Shown here: positions 22,330-34,852 of the stretch, in pieces
Layout: each line of letters opens with the position of its first letter
How positions within the stretch are numbered: position 1 is the stretch's first letter
Assembly (NCBI RefSeq): GCF_004010195.1
Contig: NW_025214746.1
Coordinates: 1-50,000, forward strand
Direction: 5' to 3'
DNA: 50,000 bases
Origin: Chiloscyllium plagiosum
Lineage: Eukaryota
Notes under the pieces: generated by a model
What the model saw: only the letters and a program-made list of their open reading frames with translations
Database searches by the model: none
Told to the model about the DNA's origin: nothing
Position numbers and translations under genes: made by a program

Positions 22330-23145
22330 CAGCCTCCACATTTCAACAAACATGGTTTAAATTTCCACTCCTGTATGGTTGTCTCTAACTCTGGTGTCCC
22401 CTAAGGATCTATTCTTGCAAATCTTCTATTTCTCATCTTCACACTGCTCCTTGATCATATCATCTGAAAGCACTGCATCAGTTTTCACGTGTAGGCTGAT
22501 GGCATCTTGTTTTATTTCAACACCATCTCTCTCAGACTGAACTGTCCTTGTTGGAATTTTTTGATTACTTCTCTGATATTTGGTACTAGATGAGTTGAAA
22601 TTTCCTTCGATTAAATATTGCAAGCACCAAAAATGTTTTTTGATCTACACACTAAACTCCTTACATTCCATCCCTCTCTCTGACAAGTATGAATGATGCT
22701 TTGGTGTTTTATTTGACTTTGAAATGAGCTTCAAATATACGTTTGTGGCACCTAAGGCCACTGCTTTCACCCCTGTAGTATTACTTGACTTTACCTTGAT
22801 TTTGCTTTATCTGTTGAGATGCTCATTTGTGCATTTGCTAACTCTGTACTTGACTATTCAAGTGCTCTATTCACTGGTGTGTCTCACTGTACCCAAAACT
22901 GTCTTAAATTTCACCATGTCCCATGCCTAATTTACCCATGTGCTTTCTGATCTACATTGGTCTAAGAACATATTGATTTAAAATCCTCATCTTTGTTTTC
23001 AAATTCTCCTTTGACCTCGCATTCTCTCCACAACCACTTTGTAATCTCCTCTAGCCCACAATCCTCCAAGATACCAAAGAAGTGTTACACCGTGAAATGT
23101 CTTGGTATGTTTCATATTGAAGGAGCTACACACATACAAGTTATT
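22330..23145 (+). mobile_element. Old L2-clade LINE 3' fragment
   Basis: Translates to SGVP*GSILANLLFLIFTLLLDHII*KHCISFHV*ADG, a decayed GVPQGS...YADD. L2-type tail near 23090-23145. Confidence 0.75.
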
Positions 23146-24599
23146 TATCTTTTCAGCCATAAACTTAATTTCCATTTTCTCCTGTTTGGATCATTCTGAA
23201 TACAGGTTCAAAAAAATCTATGAAGTCATAATTCCAGAGGCTGTTCAAGTCAATTATTATTTTCGTAAAAAATATCAGATTCAAATGTAATTTAGTAACT
23301 GGATGTGTTTCTGTAAGGCCTGGAGGTAAAGTTACAGCATAAGCAATATTGTGTAAGCAAGATATGCAATCATTGGTTAAAAAAAATCTGTATCGTAAGA
23401 TATACTGTGGTGTTTAAATGCTGTAAACAAACTCGACAATACTCCTGGAAATGTATACTTTACATGATTGAAATCGCTAGATTATTTGTAAATTGAACCT
23501 ATTTATTACATTCTTATTTTGATCTCCTGAAGGAAAGGGAGAGCCCAATTTGCAGTTCTTTAGAGATTTAATTTTTCTGTTTTGACTTGTTTTCTCATCA
23601 GCTTCTGTGTGGTTCATAAGTTATTAATGCATGTCATAAATTCAAAATGAAAATCGTAAAATAGTAAAGCAGCACAAGTGGTCTTCATTTGGCTTATCAA
23701 GTTTGTACTGTCTGACATGACTCAGCAATTATACCCATTTCCCTATCTTTTCCAATAACTTTGTTTTTTCTTTCTATACAAGTATATATCCAATTTCTCT
23801 TTGAAAGCTACTACTGTGTTCACCTCTTTCAAACAGTATACTTCATATCATAACAGCTTGCTGTGCGACTTTATTGCTCATACTGCCCAAGTCTTCGAGT
23901 CAGTATGAATATTAGTATAGAGAGATGATTGAATATGCGTATTATTTCCTTGGTTGTTGCTGAATGCAGAAGTTGGCCATATTCTCTCTCTCTCTCGTAA
24001 AATTATTGATTTAGTGTCTTTTAGCTGTGGTATTCTGCAGTGACAGTGAGAACAATGACTTTAGTTTGAAAACGTATGACTTTTAAAATTTATAGTTGTG
24101 GTAATGGAGCAACTTGAAACATGTAATTACCTGTTCTATGCTGCAACTATGCAGTATTAAGAAATTGATCTTGAGGTAGTAATGTACATATTTTTACTCC
24201 TTAGTGTTAAATATTCTTTTCATGCAATAAGCGAAATTTCATTTAAAAAAAACACCAAATGTGTCCAAAGCTGGCAGTTCACTATTTTGCATTATCCAAC
24301 CATGAGATTAGACTGGTCTTGAAATAAAGCTCTATCTCTGCATGGAAACATAAATTGTATAATTTTTAATACAATTTGCAGAAATTTCTTAATGAAATTT
24401 ACAAAGCAGCTAGATTTTGAGGAATCTTAGTTTCACTGTTTTCTTTTAGTCAAATAATAATCCTTGAACCATTTTATTTTTCCCTAAAATATAACCTTTA
24501 GTGCAAAATTGACCTTGTAATTTATAATACATAACCGGTGTGACATTGAAGCATCTAATTTTGGTTTCACTTTATGAAGTGCTGACATCAGAAACTGTA

Positions 24600-25295
24600 T
24601 GATCGAAGAAAATGTGGTGGGATGAGGAATTATTAAGTTTGCAGATGACATGAACATTGGCTGGGTGGTTGATAGTGAGGAAGAAGTTCATGGTTTAAGG
24701 AGAGTGTAGGTTGGCCAAATGGGCATATCAGTGGTAGATGGAATTTTATATTGGAAAATGTTGGAAAATTAAACAAGGTAAGGGAATACTCAATGACTTG
24801 ACTAACTCTGCTTTCTCCTGACAGATGCTGCCAGATCTGCGTTTCTTCAGTAATTTCTGTTTTTGTCTTTACCAGAATGTTGCCTGGCATGGAGCAGATT
24901 ACTTATGAAGAGAGGCCAGATAGGCTCAGGTTGTTTTCTGGGGTGGGTGGGGTGGTAAGAGAGGCTAATGTTGTTTAAAATTACGAGGGGTGTGCACAGA
25001 GTGGAGGGAAAGCTGCTGTTCCCCTTAGTTGAAGAGTCAATAACAAGGGTCCATAATTTTAAGGTGAAAGGCAGGATTTTTGGAGGGGACTTGAGTAAAA
25101 CATTTTTTCATCCAGAGGGTGGTGAAAGTCTACAATTCACAGCCTCTGAGCATAGTTGAGGCCTAGATATCAGAACCTTTTAAAAAGCGCTTGGGATAAG
25201 CACATGTCCCACAGCCTTGAATGTTATGACACAAGTGCTGAAAACTGGGACTGGTGTAACTGAGAATAGCATTTGTCTCTGCACTGTATGATTCT
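24600..25295 (+). mobile_element. Old CR1 fragment with a Penelope-type (family D) tail at about 24800-24872
   Basis: AAGTTTGCAGATGACA (KFADD), ACCAGAATGTTGCCTGG, and insert ACAGATGCTGCCAGATCTGC. Confidence 0.75.
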
Positions 25296-26855
25296 GCAAG
25301 TGACATAGAATAAGCCATTGGTGACCAAGTGACTCAATCTACTTCATGTATTGGCTGAAGAAAATTCCCCCATTACATAGCTGAAGTCAGGCAAGGCAAG
25401 AAAGAGCAGAAGTGACTAACCAAAATAACAACTTGTGTCTTCTGACTTGTCAGCAAAGATTATACAATTGGTAAATTATTTCACTGTCCATGTGTTCTTG
25501 AACTTGAATCATTTTTATTTTAGTTCATGCTGTGAGTGCTTTCAGCAACAATTTATATTTCCTTTTATTTGATTTGTTTCCATATATAAAAATTGTAAGT
25601 CGCATATTTGTGAAATACTTTGGGTACTCTAAATAATGGCACAAAGGGAAAAAAGTGCTCTTTTTCAGAAAAGCTACGACCTCACAAGGACATGATTTCT
25701 GCAACAATGTTTCCCATTTTGGTTCAACAATGGCAGGGTGTTAACCTATATATAAATCAGGCATCTCCTCAGTTTGATTCTGCCTAAGTTGCAGCCAGCT
25801 CAGTGACAATGTTGCCAAATATGGAACTAGTATTTCCAGGGCTGGGTCAGTAAAAGTTTTATCCAGTAAAAGTCAGCCATGGTTTCCATTTTTAATCATT
25901 AATGGCATCTGGAAGACGCATGTTTTGTGATGAAAATTCAGTTCAGGTTCAACTAAAATGCCTTCAGTGTGTATATATAAATATTGGCATTAATGAAAGT
26001 TGGTTAATACCATGATGCTGGCTCATGTATACGGCACTAGCTGCACAGTCAAGAAAGTCAATATTAAAAACAATAAAATTGCTTCCAACTTGATGATTCC
26101 TTAACAATGTATAATGCAGCAGGAAGTAGGCAAGTGCCCAGTTTATGCCAAATATGTCTCAAAACCGCAACACACCATAGTTGGAAATGTAATAGAGTGG
26201 ATTCCATGAAATCATTTCATACAAGATACTGTGATGTTTCCATTTGGGGGAAAAAAAAACACTTGTTTCATGTGAAATCTTGAATCATTAAATTGTCTGA
26301 TCCATGATCAAAATAATGGTACCTATCTTGTAATAATGAACTTTAAATTCATATTTATTTTAAATCCTAGACTACGTGATGATTCTTTAAATTGCTTCTT
26401 GGGATTTTAAATACAAAGGGTGCTTAAGATGCAATAAAATGCTGACCATTATTGTGTTAATGAAATGGCATTTATTAAAGACTTCCAACACTTAAGTTAA
26501 ATAATATGTGACGCACTGTCTTAAAACATACCTGTCGCTCAAACTGAATTTGGCACTTAGTTCTAATATTGCAGTCCTCACTGTTTTATCTGACTGAATG
26601 AGTTCTGGTTTGGTGTCTCATTGTTTTGTTTTGCAAAGTACCTGTGAAACAGGGGCAGTTTCATGACATGCTGTATAATATGTAAGTTGTATCAATGGAG
26701 TCATAGAGCCTTACAGCATGGAAACAGGCCTTTTGGTACAAATTGTTCAAGCCGACTAGATATCCTAAATAAATCTAGTCCTGTTTGCCAACTTTTGGCC
26801 CATGTCCTTTTAAACCTTTTCTATTCATATACCCATCCAGTTGCCCTTTAAATGT

Positions 26856-27220
26856 CAAAAATCACACAACACCAGGTTATAGTCCAACAGGTTTATTTCC
26901 AAGTGCTCCTTTTGGAGCACTGCTCCAGGTAGCTGTGGAATAGGATTATAGCACACAGAATTTTCAGCAGAAGATCACAGTGTCATACTACTGAAATGAT
27001 ATATTGAACAAATCTAGATTGCTGTCAAGTCTTTCACCTTTTAGAATGGGCTGCAGGTTCATTAATATGTAAATCTCAGAACTTCTTTCAAGTCACATTC
27101 TCAATATAACATTAGATTTTATAAAAGAAAGGTGACATCTCAGCAATTGGACTATAACTTGGTGGTTGTGTGATCTTTAACTTGGTCCACCCAAGTCCAA
27201 CACTGACACCTCTACATCAT
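26856..27220. mobile_element. Penelope-type element (family A) with an inverted terminal segment; hammerhead core deleted
   Basis: ATCACACAACACCAGGTTATAGTCCAA on the left and its near reverse complement at about 27147-27175. TSD core TTTAAATGT at 26847-26855 and 27225-27233. Confidence 0.8.
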
Positions 27221-27615
27221 GGCTTTTAAATGTTGTAATTGTACCAGCCTCCTCCACTACTTCTGGCAGCTCATTCTGCACACACTCCACTGTCTGCGTG
27301 AAAAAGTTGCCCTTTAGGTCACTTTGAAATCTTTCCCTTCTCACCTTAAACATTGCTCTCTAGTTTTCCAATCCCACAACCTGAGGAAAAGACCTTGTCT
27401 ATTTATCCTATCTCAACCTTGAAGGTCACCCCTCAGCCTCGGATATTCCAGGGAAAATAGCGCCAGCCAATTCAGCCACTCCCGATAGCAAAAACCCTCC
27501 AAACTTGGCAACATCCTCGTAACTACTTTCTGAACCCTTTTAAGTTTCACAACATCCCACCTATAGCAGGGAGACCAGACCTGCACGCAGTATTCCAAAA
27601 GTGGTCAAACTAATG

Positions 27616-27935
27616 GGCGGCACGGTGGCACAGTGGTTAGCACTGCTGCCTCACAGTGCCAGAGACCCGGGTTCAATTCCCGCCTTAGGCGACTGACTGA
27701 CTGTGTGGAGTTTGCACGTTCTTCCCGTGTCTGCGTGGGTTTCTTCCGGGTGCTCCGGTTTCCTCCCACAGTCCAAAGATGTGTAGGTCAGGTGAATTGG
27801 CCATGCTAAATTGCCCGTAGTGTTAGGTAAGGGGTAAATGTAGGGGTGGGTTGCGCTTCGGCGGGGCGGTGTGGACTTGTTGGGCCGAAGGGCCTGTTTC
27901 CACACTGTAAGTAATCTAATCTAATCTAATCTAAT
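27616..27935 (+). mobile_element. Young full-length HE1-like (V-SINE) SINE
   Basis: Pol III A box TGGCACAGTGG, B box GGTTCAATTCC, CR1-shared end GGGCCGAAGGGCCTGTTTCC, (TAATC)n tail, TSD CTAATG at 27610-27615 and 27936-27941. Confidence 0.95.
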
Positions 27936-28434
27936 CTAATGTACTGTACAGCCTCAACATGGCCTCCCAACTCCTACGCTCGATGCTCTGACCAACAAAG
28001 GCAAGCGTACCAAACTTCGCCTTCACTATCCTGTCCACTTGCGACTCCACTTTCAAGGAACTGTGAACTTGCATTCCATGGTCTCCTTGTTCAGCAACGT
28101 TCCCTTGGGCCTTACCATTAAGTACATAAGTTCTGCCCTGATTTGCCTTTCCAAAATGCCGCACCTCACATTTATCAAAACTAAATTCCATATGCTACTT
28201 CTCGGCCCATTAGCCCATCTGATCAAGATTATCTTGTTCTCTGAGGTAACCTTCGCTGTCCACTACACCATCAATTTTAGTGTCATCTGCAAACTTACTA
28301 ACTGTACCTCCTGTTATCACATCCAGATCATTTGTACAAATGATGGAAAGCATTTCCTATATATTTTAGAAGAACTAGGAGTGGCTATAGACAATATAGT
28401 CATTCAGTCCTGCTCTACCACTTGATATGATCAT

Positions 28435-29186
28435 AGAACATAGAACAATACAGCGCAGAACAGGCCCTTCGGCCCTCAATATTGCGCCGACCTGTGAACT
28501 ATTCTCAGCTTGTCCTCCTACACTATCCCATTATCATCCATGTGCTTATCCAAGGATTGTTTAAATCTCCCTAATGTGGCTGAGTTGACTACATTGGCAG
28601 GTAGGGCATTCCACACCCTTATCACTCTCTGAGTAAAGAACCTATCTCTGACATCTGTCTTAAATCTATCACCCCCCAATTTGTAGTTATGCCTCCTCGT
28701 ACAAGCTAATGTCATCATCCTGGGAAAAAGATTTTCACTGTCTACCCTATCTAATCCTCTGATCGTCTTGTATGTCTCTATCAAAACCCCTCTTAGCCGC
28801 CTCCTTTCCAATGAGAACAGACCCAAGGTCTCAGCTGTTCCTCAAAGCCTTCCCTCCAGACCAGGCAGCATCGTGGTAAATCTCCTCTGCACCTTTTCCA
28901 ATGCATCCACATCCTTCCTGAAATATGGCGACCAGAACTGTACATAATATTCCAAGTGCGGCTGCACTAGTGTTTTGTATAGTTGCAGCATGATATTGCG
29001 GCTCCGGAACTCAATCCCTCTATCAATGAAACTTAACACACCGTATGCTGCCTTAACAGCACTATCGACGTGGGTGGCAACTTTCAGGGATCTATGTACA
29101 TGGACGCCAAGATCCCTCTGCACATTCACACTGCCAAGAATCCTTCCATTGACCCAGAACCTATGCCTTCCTGTTGTTCTTCCCAA
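28435..29186 (-). mobile_element. Young CR1 3' fragment
   Basis: ORFs 28518-28826 and 28842-29186; CTATGTT tail; TSD ATCAT at 28430-28434 and 29187-29191. Confidence 0.93.
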
Positions 29187-29219
29187 ATCATGGCTGATTT
29201 CAACTCCGTCTTACACCCC

Positions 29220-29687
29220 TGTGAGGTTCCCTTCTTGAGATTCTTACACGCATGATGCAACTACAATCTGCCAACTTCTGTGAACAGCCATGATTTATTT
29301 CAGCAAGTACAAACTTTTGGAGGATTGCTTCGTGCTCTTTGCGATACTTGTGGAGCGTGTCAAGCGAGGCTGTCCGAACAAGGGAACCGTCCTCCCCTTA
29401 TATGAGGTTTTACATCACAGTCAGTCATGCACACAAGACACAACCCTTTGCTACCCAAAAAGTGAGAGATTAGGTTATTCTGTAAAACAGCGTGTGATTA
29501 GATTATTCCTGAAAACAACGTGTGACTAGGTTATTCCTGAAAACAGCGTGTGATGAGGTTATTCCATAAAATAGCGAGTGTTCGGGTTATTCCTTAACCT
29601 GCAGCCTTTACAGAGTATCATTAGATTGTCACATCCTGCCTGTAAGACAGAACTTATCAGAACAAATTAACCCTTTAACATCTCACA
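29220..29687 (-). mobile_element. Solo LTR, 468 bp (ERV or Gypsy type)
   Basis: Inverted termini TGTGAG and CTCACA; 4-bp TSD CCCC. On the minus strand, a U3 tandem array is followed by TATAA (29398-29402) and AATAAA (29294-29299). Confidence 0.85.
29468..29593. repeat. 28-bp tandem repeat, about 4.5 copies, in LTR U3
   Basis: Unit is approximately GATTAGGTTATTCCTGAAAACAGCGTGT, with starts at 29468, 29496, 29524, 29552 and 29580. Confidence 0.9.
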
Positions 29688-30029
29688 CCCCCCACCCCCT
29701 TTCCTGCCTGCTCCCTATAACCCATTAACTCAAAACATGTTAAAAATTTGTTTATCTGCTCAAATTTATTTATTGTCCACTGGATTCTGAGGTACTGAAC
29801 TCTACAGATTCAAGGCCCTTTGAGAGAAGTAATGCTTCCTGTTCTCTGTTTTAAATCTGCCACGCTTTAATCAAAACTTGTGTAATCTGTGGTTCTCAAA
29901 TTGGCTCTTTGGCTACTTTGTCAATCCCCTTTTTAATCTTAGATCTCCTCTAGTCCTTCTGAACTCTAGTGAGTAAAGACTGAAACTGCTTAATTTCTCC
30001 TCATAAAACAGGCCTTCCTTCTCTGGAAT

Positions 30030-30340
30030 TAGATTACTTAGTGTGGAAACAGACCATTCGGGCCCAACAAGTCCACACCGACCCTCCGAAGAGCAACCCA
30101 CCCAAACCCATTCTCCTACATTTACCCCTTCACCTAACACTATGGGCAATTTTGCATGTCCAATTCACCTACCCTGCACATTTTTGGACTGTGGGAGGAA
30201 ACCGGAGCACCCGGAGGAAACCCACGCAAAAACTGGGAGAATGTGCGAACTCCACACAGACAGTTGCCTGAGTCAGGAATTGAAGCCAGGTCTCTGGCGT
30301 TGTGAGGCAGCAGTGCTAACCACTGTGCCACCGTGCCACC
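30030..30340 (-). mobile_element. Young HE1-like SINE
   Basis: Complete from head to tail; imperfect TSD CTCTGGAAT / CTCAGAAT. Confidence 0.92.
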
Positions 30341-31123
30341 TCTCAGAATGTTTCCAATGCAATTCCAATCTTCCTCAAGTAAGGGGACCAAGACCAAACC
30401 ATTTCTTTCACAATAAATGCCAAAATTCCATTTGCCCTCGTTATTACCTGCGATACCTGTGTGCTTGCTTTCTGTGACTCGTGCACAAGGAGATACACAT
30501 CCCTCTAGACGGAAGCATTTTGAAGTTTCCTTTCTGTTGTTCTGACCAATTGAAAACTTAAACACTTATCCACATTTAATTCCATCTGCCACATTTTGGC
30601 TTATTCACCAAATCTACCCATATCCATTTGTAAATTTCTTATTTCTTCATTGCAGCCTATTTTCCTGCCTATTTTAGTGTCATCTTCCAATTTACCTATA
30701 TTATATTCTATCCCTGCATACAAGTCATGAGCACAGGTTGTAAATAGTTGGTGCCTGAGGACTGAACCCTGTGGTAGCCCACTACTTGCAGTTTGCCAAT
30801 CAGAAAATGACCCGTGTATCCGGACTGTCGTCTTTCTTTTGGTTAGCCAGTCCTCTGTCCAGACTAATGTATTTGCCCAACCCCACGTGCTCTCGCCTTG
30901 TATATTAATGGTTTGCGTGCCATGTTATCAAATGCCTCTGGAAGTTCAGCTATACTGCATCTGTCAGACCCCCATTATCAACTTTTCTTGTTGCATTCTT
31001 TGAAAAACTCTGATAACTTTAGTCAAACATAATTTACCCATCTGTTTTAAAAAAAATTCTAACTCTGGATTGTGTACTAACTTTCCAAGTATCCTGTTAC
31101 TAATTTCTAAAGCATGGATTCTA

Positions 31124-32397
31124 ATGGCTTTGTGCATGGGAAATAATTTTTCACAAACTTGATTGAGGTTTTTGAAGAAGTACCAAAGAGGATTGATGAG
31201 GGCAGAGCAGTAAACGTGATCTATATGGACTTCAGTAAGGTGTTCGACAAGATTCACCATGGGAGACTGGTGAGCAAGGTTAGATCTCATGGAATACAGG
31301 GACAACTAGCCAACTGGATATAGAACTGGCTCAAAGGTAGAAGACAGAGGGTGGTGGTGGAGGGTTGTTTTTCAGACTGGAGGCCTGGAACTAGTGGAGT
31401 GCCACAGGGATTGGTGCTGGATCCACTACGTTTCATCATTTATATAAATGATTTTGATGTGAGCTTAAGTTTGTAAGTTTGCAGGTGACGCCAAAATTGG
31501 AGGTGTAGTGGACAGCAAAGAAGCTTACCTGAGATTACAACGGGATCTTGATCAGATGAGCCAATGGGCTGAGGAGTGGCAGATGGAGTTTAATTTAGAT
31601 AAATGTGAGGTGCTGCATTTTGGGAAAGCAAATCTTAGCAGGACTTATACACTTAATAGTAAGGTTCTGGAAATGTTGCTGAACAAAGAGACTTTGGAGT
31701 GCAGGTTCACAGTTCCTTGAAAGTGGAGTCGCAGGTAGTCGGGATTGTGAAGAAGGCGTTTGGTATGCTTTCCTTTATTGGTCAGAGTATTGAGTACAGG
31801 GGTTGGGAGGTCATGTTGCGGCTGTATAGGACATTGATTAGGCCGCTGTTGGAATATTGCATGCAATTCTAGTCTCCTTCCTAACTGAAGCATGTTGTGA
31901 AACTTGAAAGGATTCAGAAAAGATTTATAAGGATGTTGCCAGGGTTGGAGGATTTGAGCTATAGGGAGAGGCTGAATAGGCTGGGCCTGTTTTCCTTGGA
32001 GGCTGAGGGGTGACTTTATAAAGGATTATAAAATCATGAGGGGCATGGATAGGATAAATAGACAAAGTCTTTTTCCTGGGATGGGGGAGTCCAAAACTAG
32101 AGGGCATAGGTTTAGGGTAAGAGGGGAAAGATATAAAAGAGACCTAAGGGGCAATACTTTCATGCAGAAGGTGGTATGTGTGTGGAATGAGCTGCCAGAG
32201 GAAGTGGTGGAGGCCAGTACAATTGCAACATTGAAAAGGCATCTGGATGGGTATATGAACAGGAAGGGTTTGGAGGGATAGAGACAAAGTGATGGCAGTT
32301 GGGACGAGATTGGGTTGGAATATCTGGCCAGCATGGACGAGTTGGACCGAAGGGTCTGTTTCTGTGCTGTACCTCTTTATGACTATGACTCCATGAC
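31124..32397 (+). mobile_element. CR1-clade LINE, RT domain to 3' end
   Basis: IYMDFSKVFDK, SGVPQG, WQMEFNLDKCEVLHFG and WNELP motifs; CTATGACT-type tail. Confidence 0.95.
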
Positions 32398-32689
32398 AGA
32401 TGTTAAAAAAACTTGTCTGTGGTTTCCTACTTTTTGTTTCCTTCCCTTTTTGAATAAGGGCATTACATTAGCATTTTTTTTCCAATCCAATAGAACATTT
32501 CTGTAGAGAATTTACCAATGCATCCGCTATCTCTGCTGCCACTTCCTGTAAGACCCTCTGATATAAATCATGGGGACTGGTTTGCCTTTAATCCCAATCG
32601 TTTGATCAGTACTTTTTCTTAAGTGGAAATAATAGTTTTATGTTCCTCCATTTCTGTAATTTCTACGTGACATTACCTGTTATATCAAG

Positions 32690-32978
32690 TTGCGTTGGCT
32701 CAGTAGTTAGTACTGCTGCTTCGAGCACCAGGGACCTGTATTCGATTCCAGCTGTGGGTAACTGTCTATGTGGAGCTTGCACATTCTACCGTGTCTGTGG
32801 GGGTTTCCTCCCATCGTCCAAAGATATGTGGGTTAGATAGATTTTTCCATGCCAATTGCCCATAGTGTCCAGGGATGTGCAGGCAAGGTAGGTTAGCCAT
32901 AGGAAAAGAAGGGTGACAGGAATAGGATAAGGTAGTTGGTCTGCGTGGGATTTCTTTGTAGGGTCGATGTTCTATGAT
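32690..32978 (+). mobile_element. Old HE1-like SINE
   Basis: TGGCTCAGTAGTTAG, TTCGATTCC, and TGTGGAGCTTGCACATTCT core. Confidence 0.8.
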
Positions 32979-34032
32979 ATATTTACATGGTGGTGGATCT
33001 GGAAACTGAGGCAAATATTGTTCTAATGCCTGTGCAAATCTTTGTTCTGCACTGTCAACTCTGCAATCTCGTGTTCTGAGGGGCCAATGCTCATTTTAGC
33101 TATAATCTTTTTGCTGTTGATGATTTTATATTTTGCACTTGTCATCATTTATAATTAACCTTTAGTTTGTTTATTACTGTTTTAGTAAGCCTTTTTTGGT
33201 CTTTACGTTTCCCACTTACTTTTGCAATGTGATATGCCTTAGTTTTGTCCTGGTGTTATCTTTAGCTTTCTTGCTTTACCATTTTTCCTCCCTCTCTTAG
33301 AATCGTTCTTCCTTTCTGGAATATATTTATTTGGGAAGGATTGAATATTTTCTTAAATATATAGCACTGTTCAACTGTCATATCTCTCAATTTTTCTGCC
33401 CAGTCCATTAAGGCTAAATCTGTCTTGGTGCTTATCTAATTATCTCTGTTTAACACCAGAACTCTCGTGTTGGCTCCAGTTTCTCATTTTGAAACTGAAG
33501 TTGAAATTTCAGCATGGCATGATCAGTCTTTCCTAAAGTATCCTTTACGCAAGATAATCAACTAATCTTACCTTATTACACAATAGTAAATCCAAAATAG
33601 CCTTCTCCCTCGTTGCTTCTTGGAGCAATATGTTGGGGAACCAACCTCTAATACTCTCCGACTTCTCACTTGAGGTTGCTCTTGCCCGTTTGATTAATCC
33701 AGTCTCTGTATATTTAAATAACCCATGATTGTTATCATACCTTTCTTACAATCTACAATGTTTCGAGGTTTATTGCCTTGTGGAACTGCTGTCAGGGGAT
33801 CTATGGATTACTTCCATCAAGCATTTGTTTTCCCTAGCAGTTTGTTCTTTCCACTGATTCTGCATCTTGATCTCCAATGTAACACTGATCCCTTCCTTTA
33901 GTAACAAAGTTGCAGCACCTCCTTTTCCTTTCTGTCTTATCTGTCCGAAACAGAGTACTAGTGGGCATTCAGCTCGCACTTCTGAATCCCTGTAACAATG
34001 TCTCAGTAACTGCTACTAAATCATACCTATTT

Positions 34033-34193
34033 GGAGTGTAGAGATATATAGCACAGGAATAGACCCTTTGGTCCAACTCGTCCATGCCTACCAGATATCC
34101 TAACTAAATTGAGCCCCATTTCCAGCATTTGGCCCATATCCCTCTCAACCCTTCCTATTCATATACCCATCCAGACTCCTTTTAAATGTTGTC
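34033..34193 (-). mobile_element. Short CR1 3' end
   Basis: Closely similar to 6420-6560. Confidence 0.85.
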
Positions 34194-34317
34194 GTATGTT
34201 TACTATTTCTGTCCTTGTTTCTCTGAGAAACTTCTCTGCAGTTTTTAACCTCCTCCAGCAACCCCCCTCCGCTCACAATGTGCTAATCTTTTATCCTTCA
34301 CTGATAAATATAAATGC

Positions 34318-34440
34318 TTCCTGAAGAAGTCACGCTGGACTTGAAACATTAACTCTGTTTCCATTTCAATGGATGCTGCCAGATCTGCCAACATTGTGTG
34401 TTTATATCAGATTTCCAGCAAACACAGTATTTTGCTCTTG
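34318..34440 (+). mobile_element. Penelope-type tail (family D) with a degenerate hammerhead at 34321-34354
   Basis: CTGAAGA AGTC ACGCTG GACT T GAAA CATT AACT, followed by GATGCTGCCAGATCTGC. Confidence 0.7.
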
Positions 34441-34852
34441 ACAAACCAGATAGTTCATTAAAGGATAAAAAGGTCAATGCATCACGAATAAAAAGCTGAC
34501 AAAAAGGTCAAGAACAAGCAAAACTGAAAGAACACAAAATTCGCAGCCTTGGGCGACTGTGTTCATAAAGAAAGAAAGAGTCAATGTTTGTTTCTATTTG
34601 CATTCTAAAAATTTGCACTTTATTCTGAATGTTATGTAAGTTTGTCCTACTATCAATTTTTCCTGCTTGCTTAGTTCCTTAGTACAAAGTGACATTCATA
34701 TGGCCTGTCATTTCCTTTCATTTTCTAGTGACAACCAACCTCATCACTAGCCTGTACTGCTTATAGTTTTGATTTCTTTAAAAAAAAGATATGCTAATTT
34801 AGAGAATGTTAACGAGATGAGTATCGGGAATAGTGGATTATTTTATGAGGAA

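Larger units (their letters stand above)
26697..28350 (-). mobile_element. CR1-clade LINE with nested Penelope-type element and SINE
   Basis: Minus-strand ORFs EYCVQVWSP...VTRMLP and MEFSFDKCEVRHFGKAN; KFADDTK near 28280. Confidence 0.92.
28370..34270 (-). mobile_element. Old, long CR1 LINE hosting six younger insertions
   Basis: 3' tail at 28370, RT relics at 30350-31120 and 32400-33000, and APE endonuclease relic IRQKGKGGAATLLLKEGI near 33900. Host sequence resumes colinearly after each insert. Confidence 0.75.

Noticed and set aside
27616..27690. tRNA-like sequence with A and B boxes (also at the other SINE heads)
   Set aside because: It continues into a SINE body and tail with a TSD, so it is not a tRNA gene.
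29468..29593. 28-bp repeats superficially like a CRISPR array
   Set aside because: The units are head-to-tail with no spacers, lie inside an LTR, and the DNA is vertebrate.
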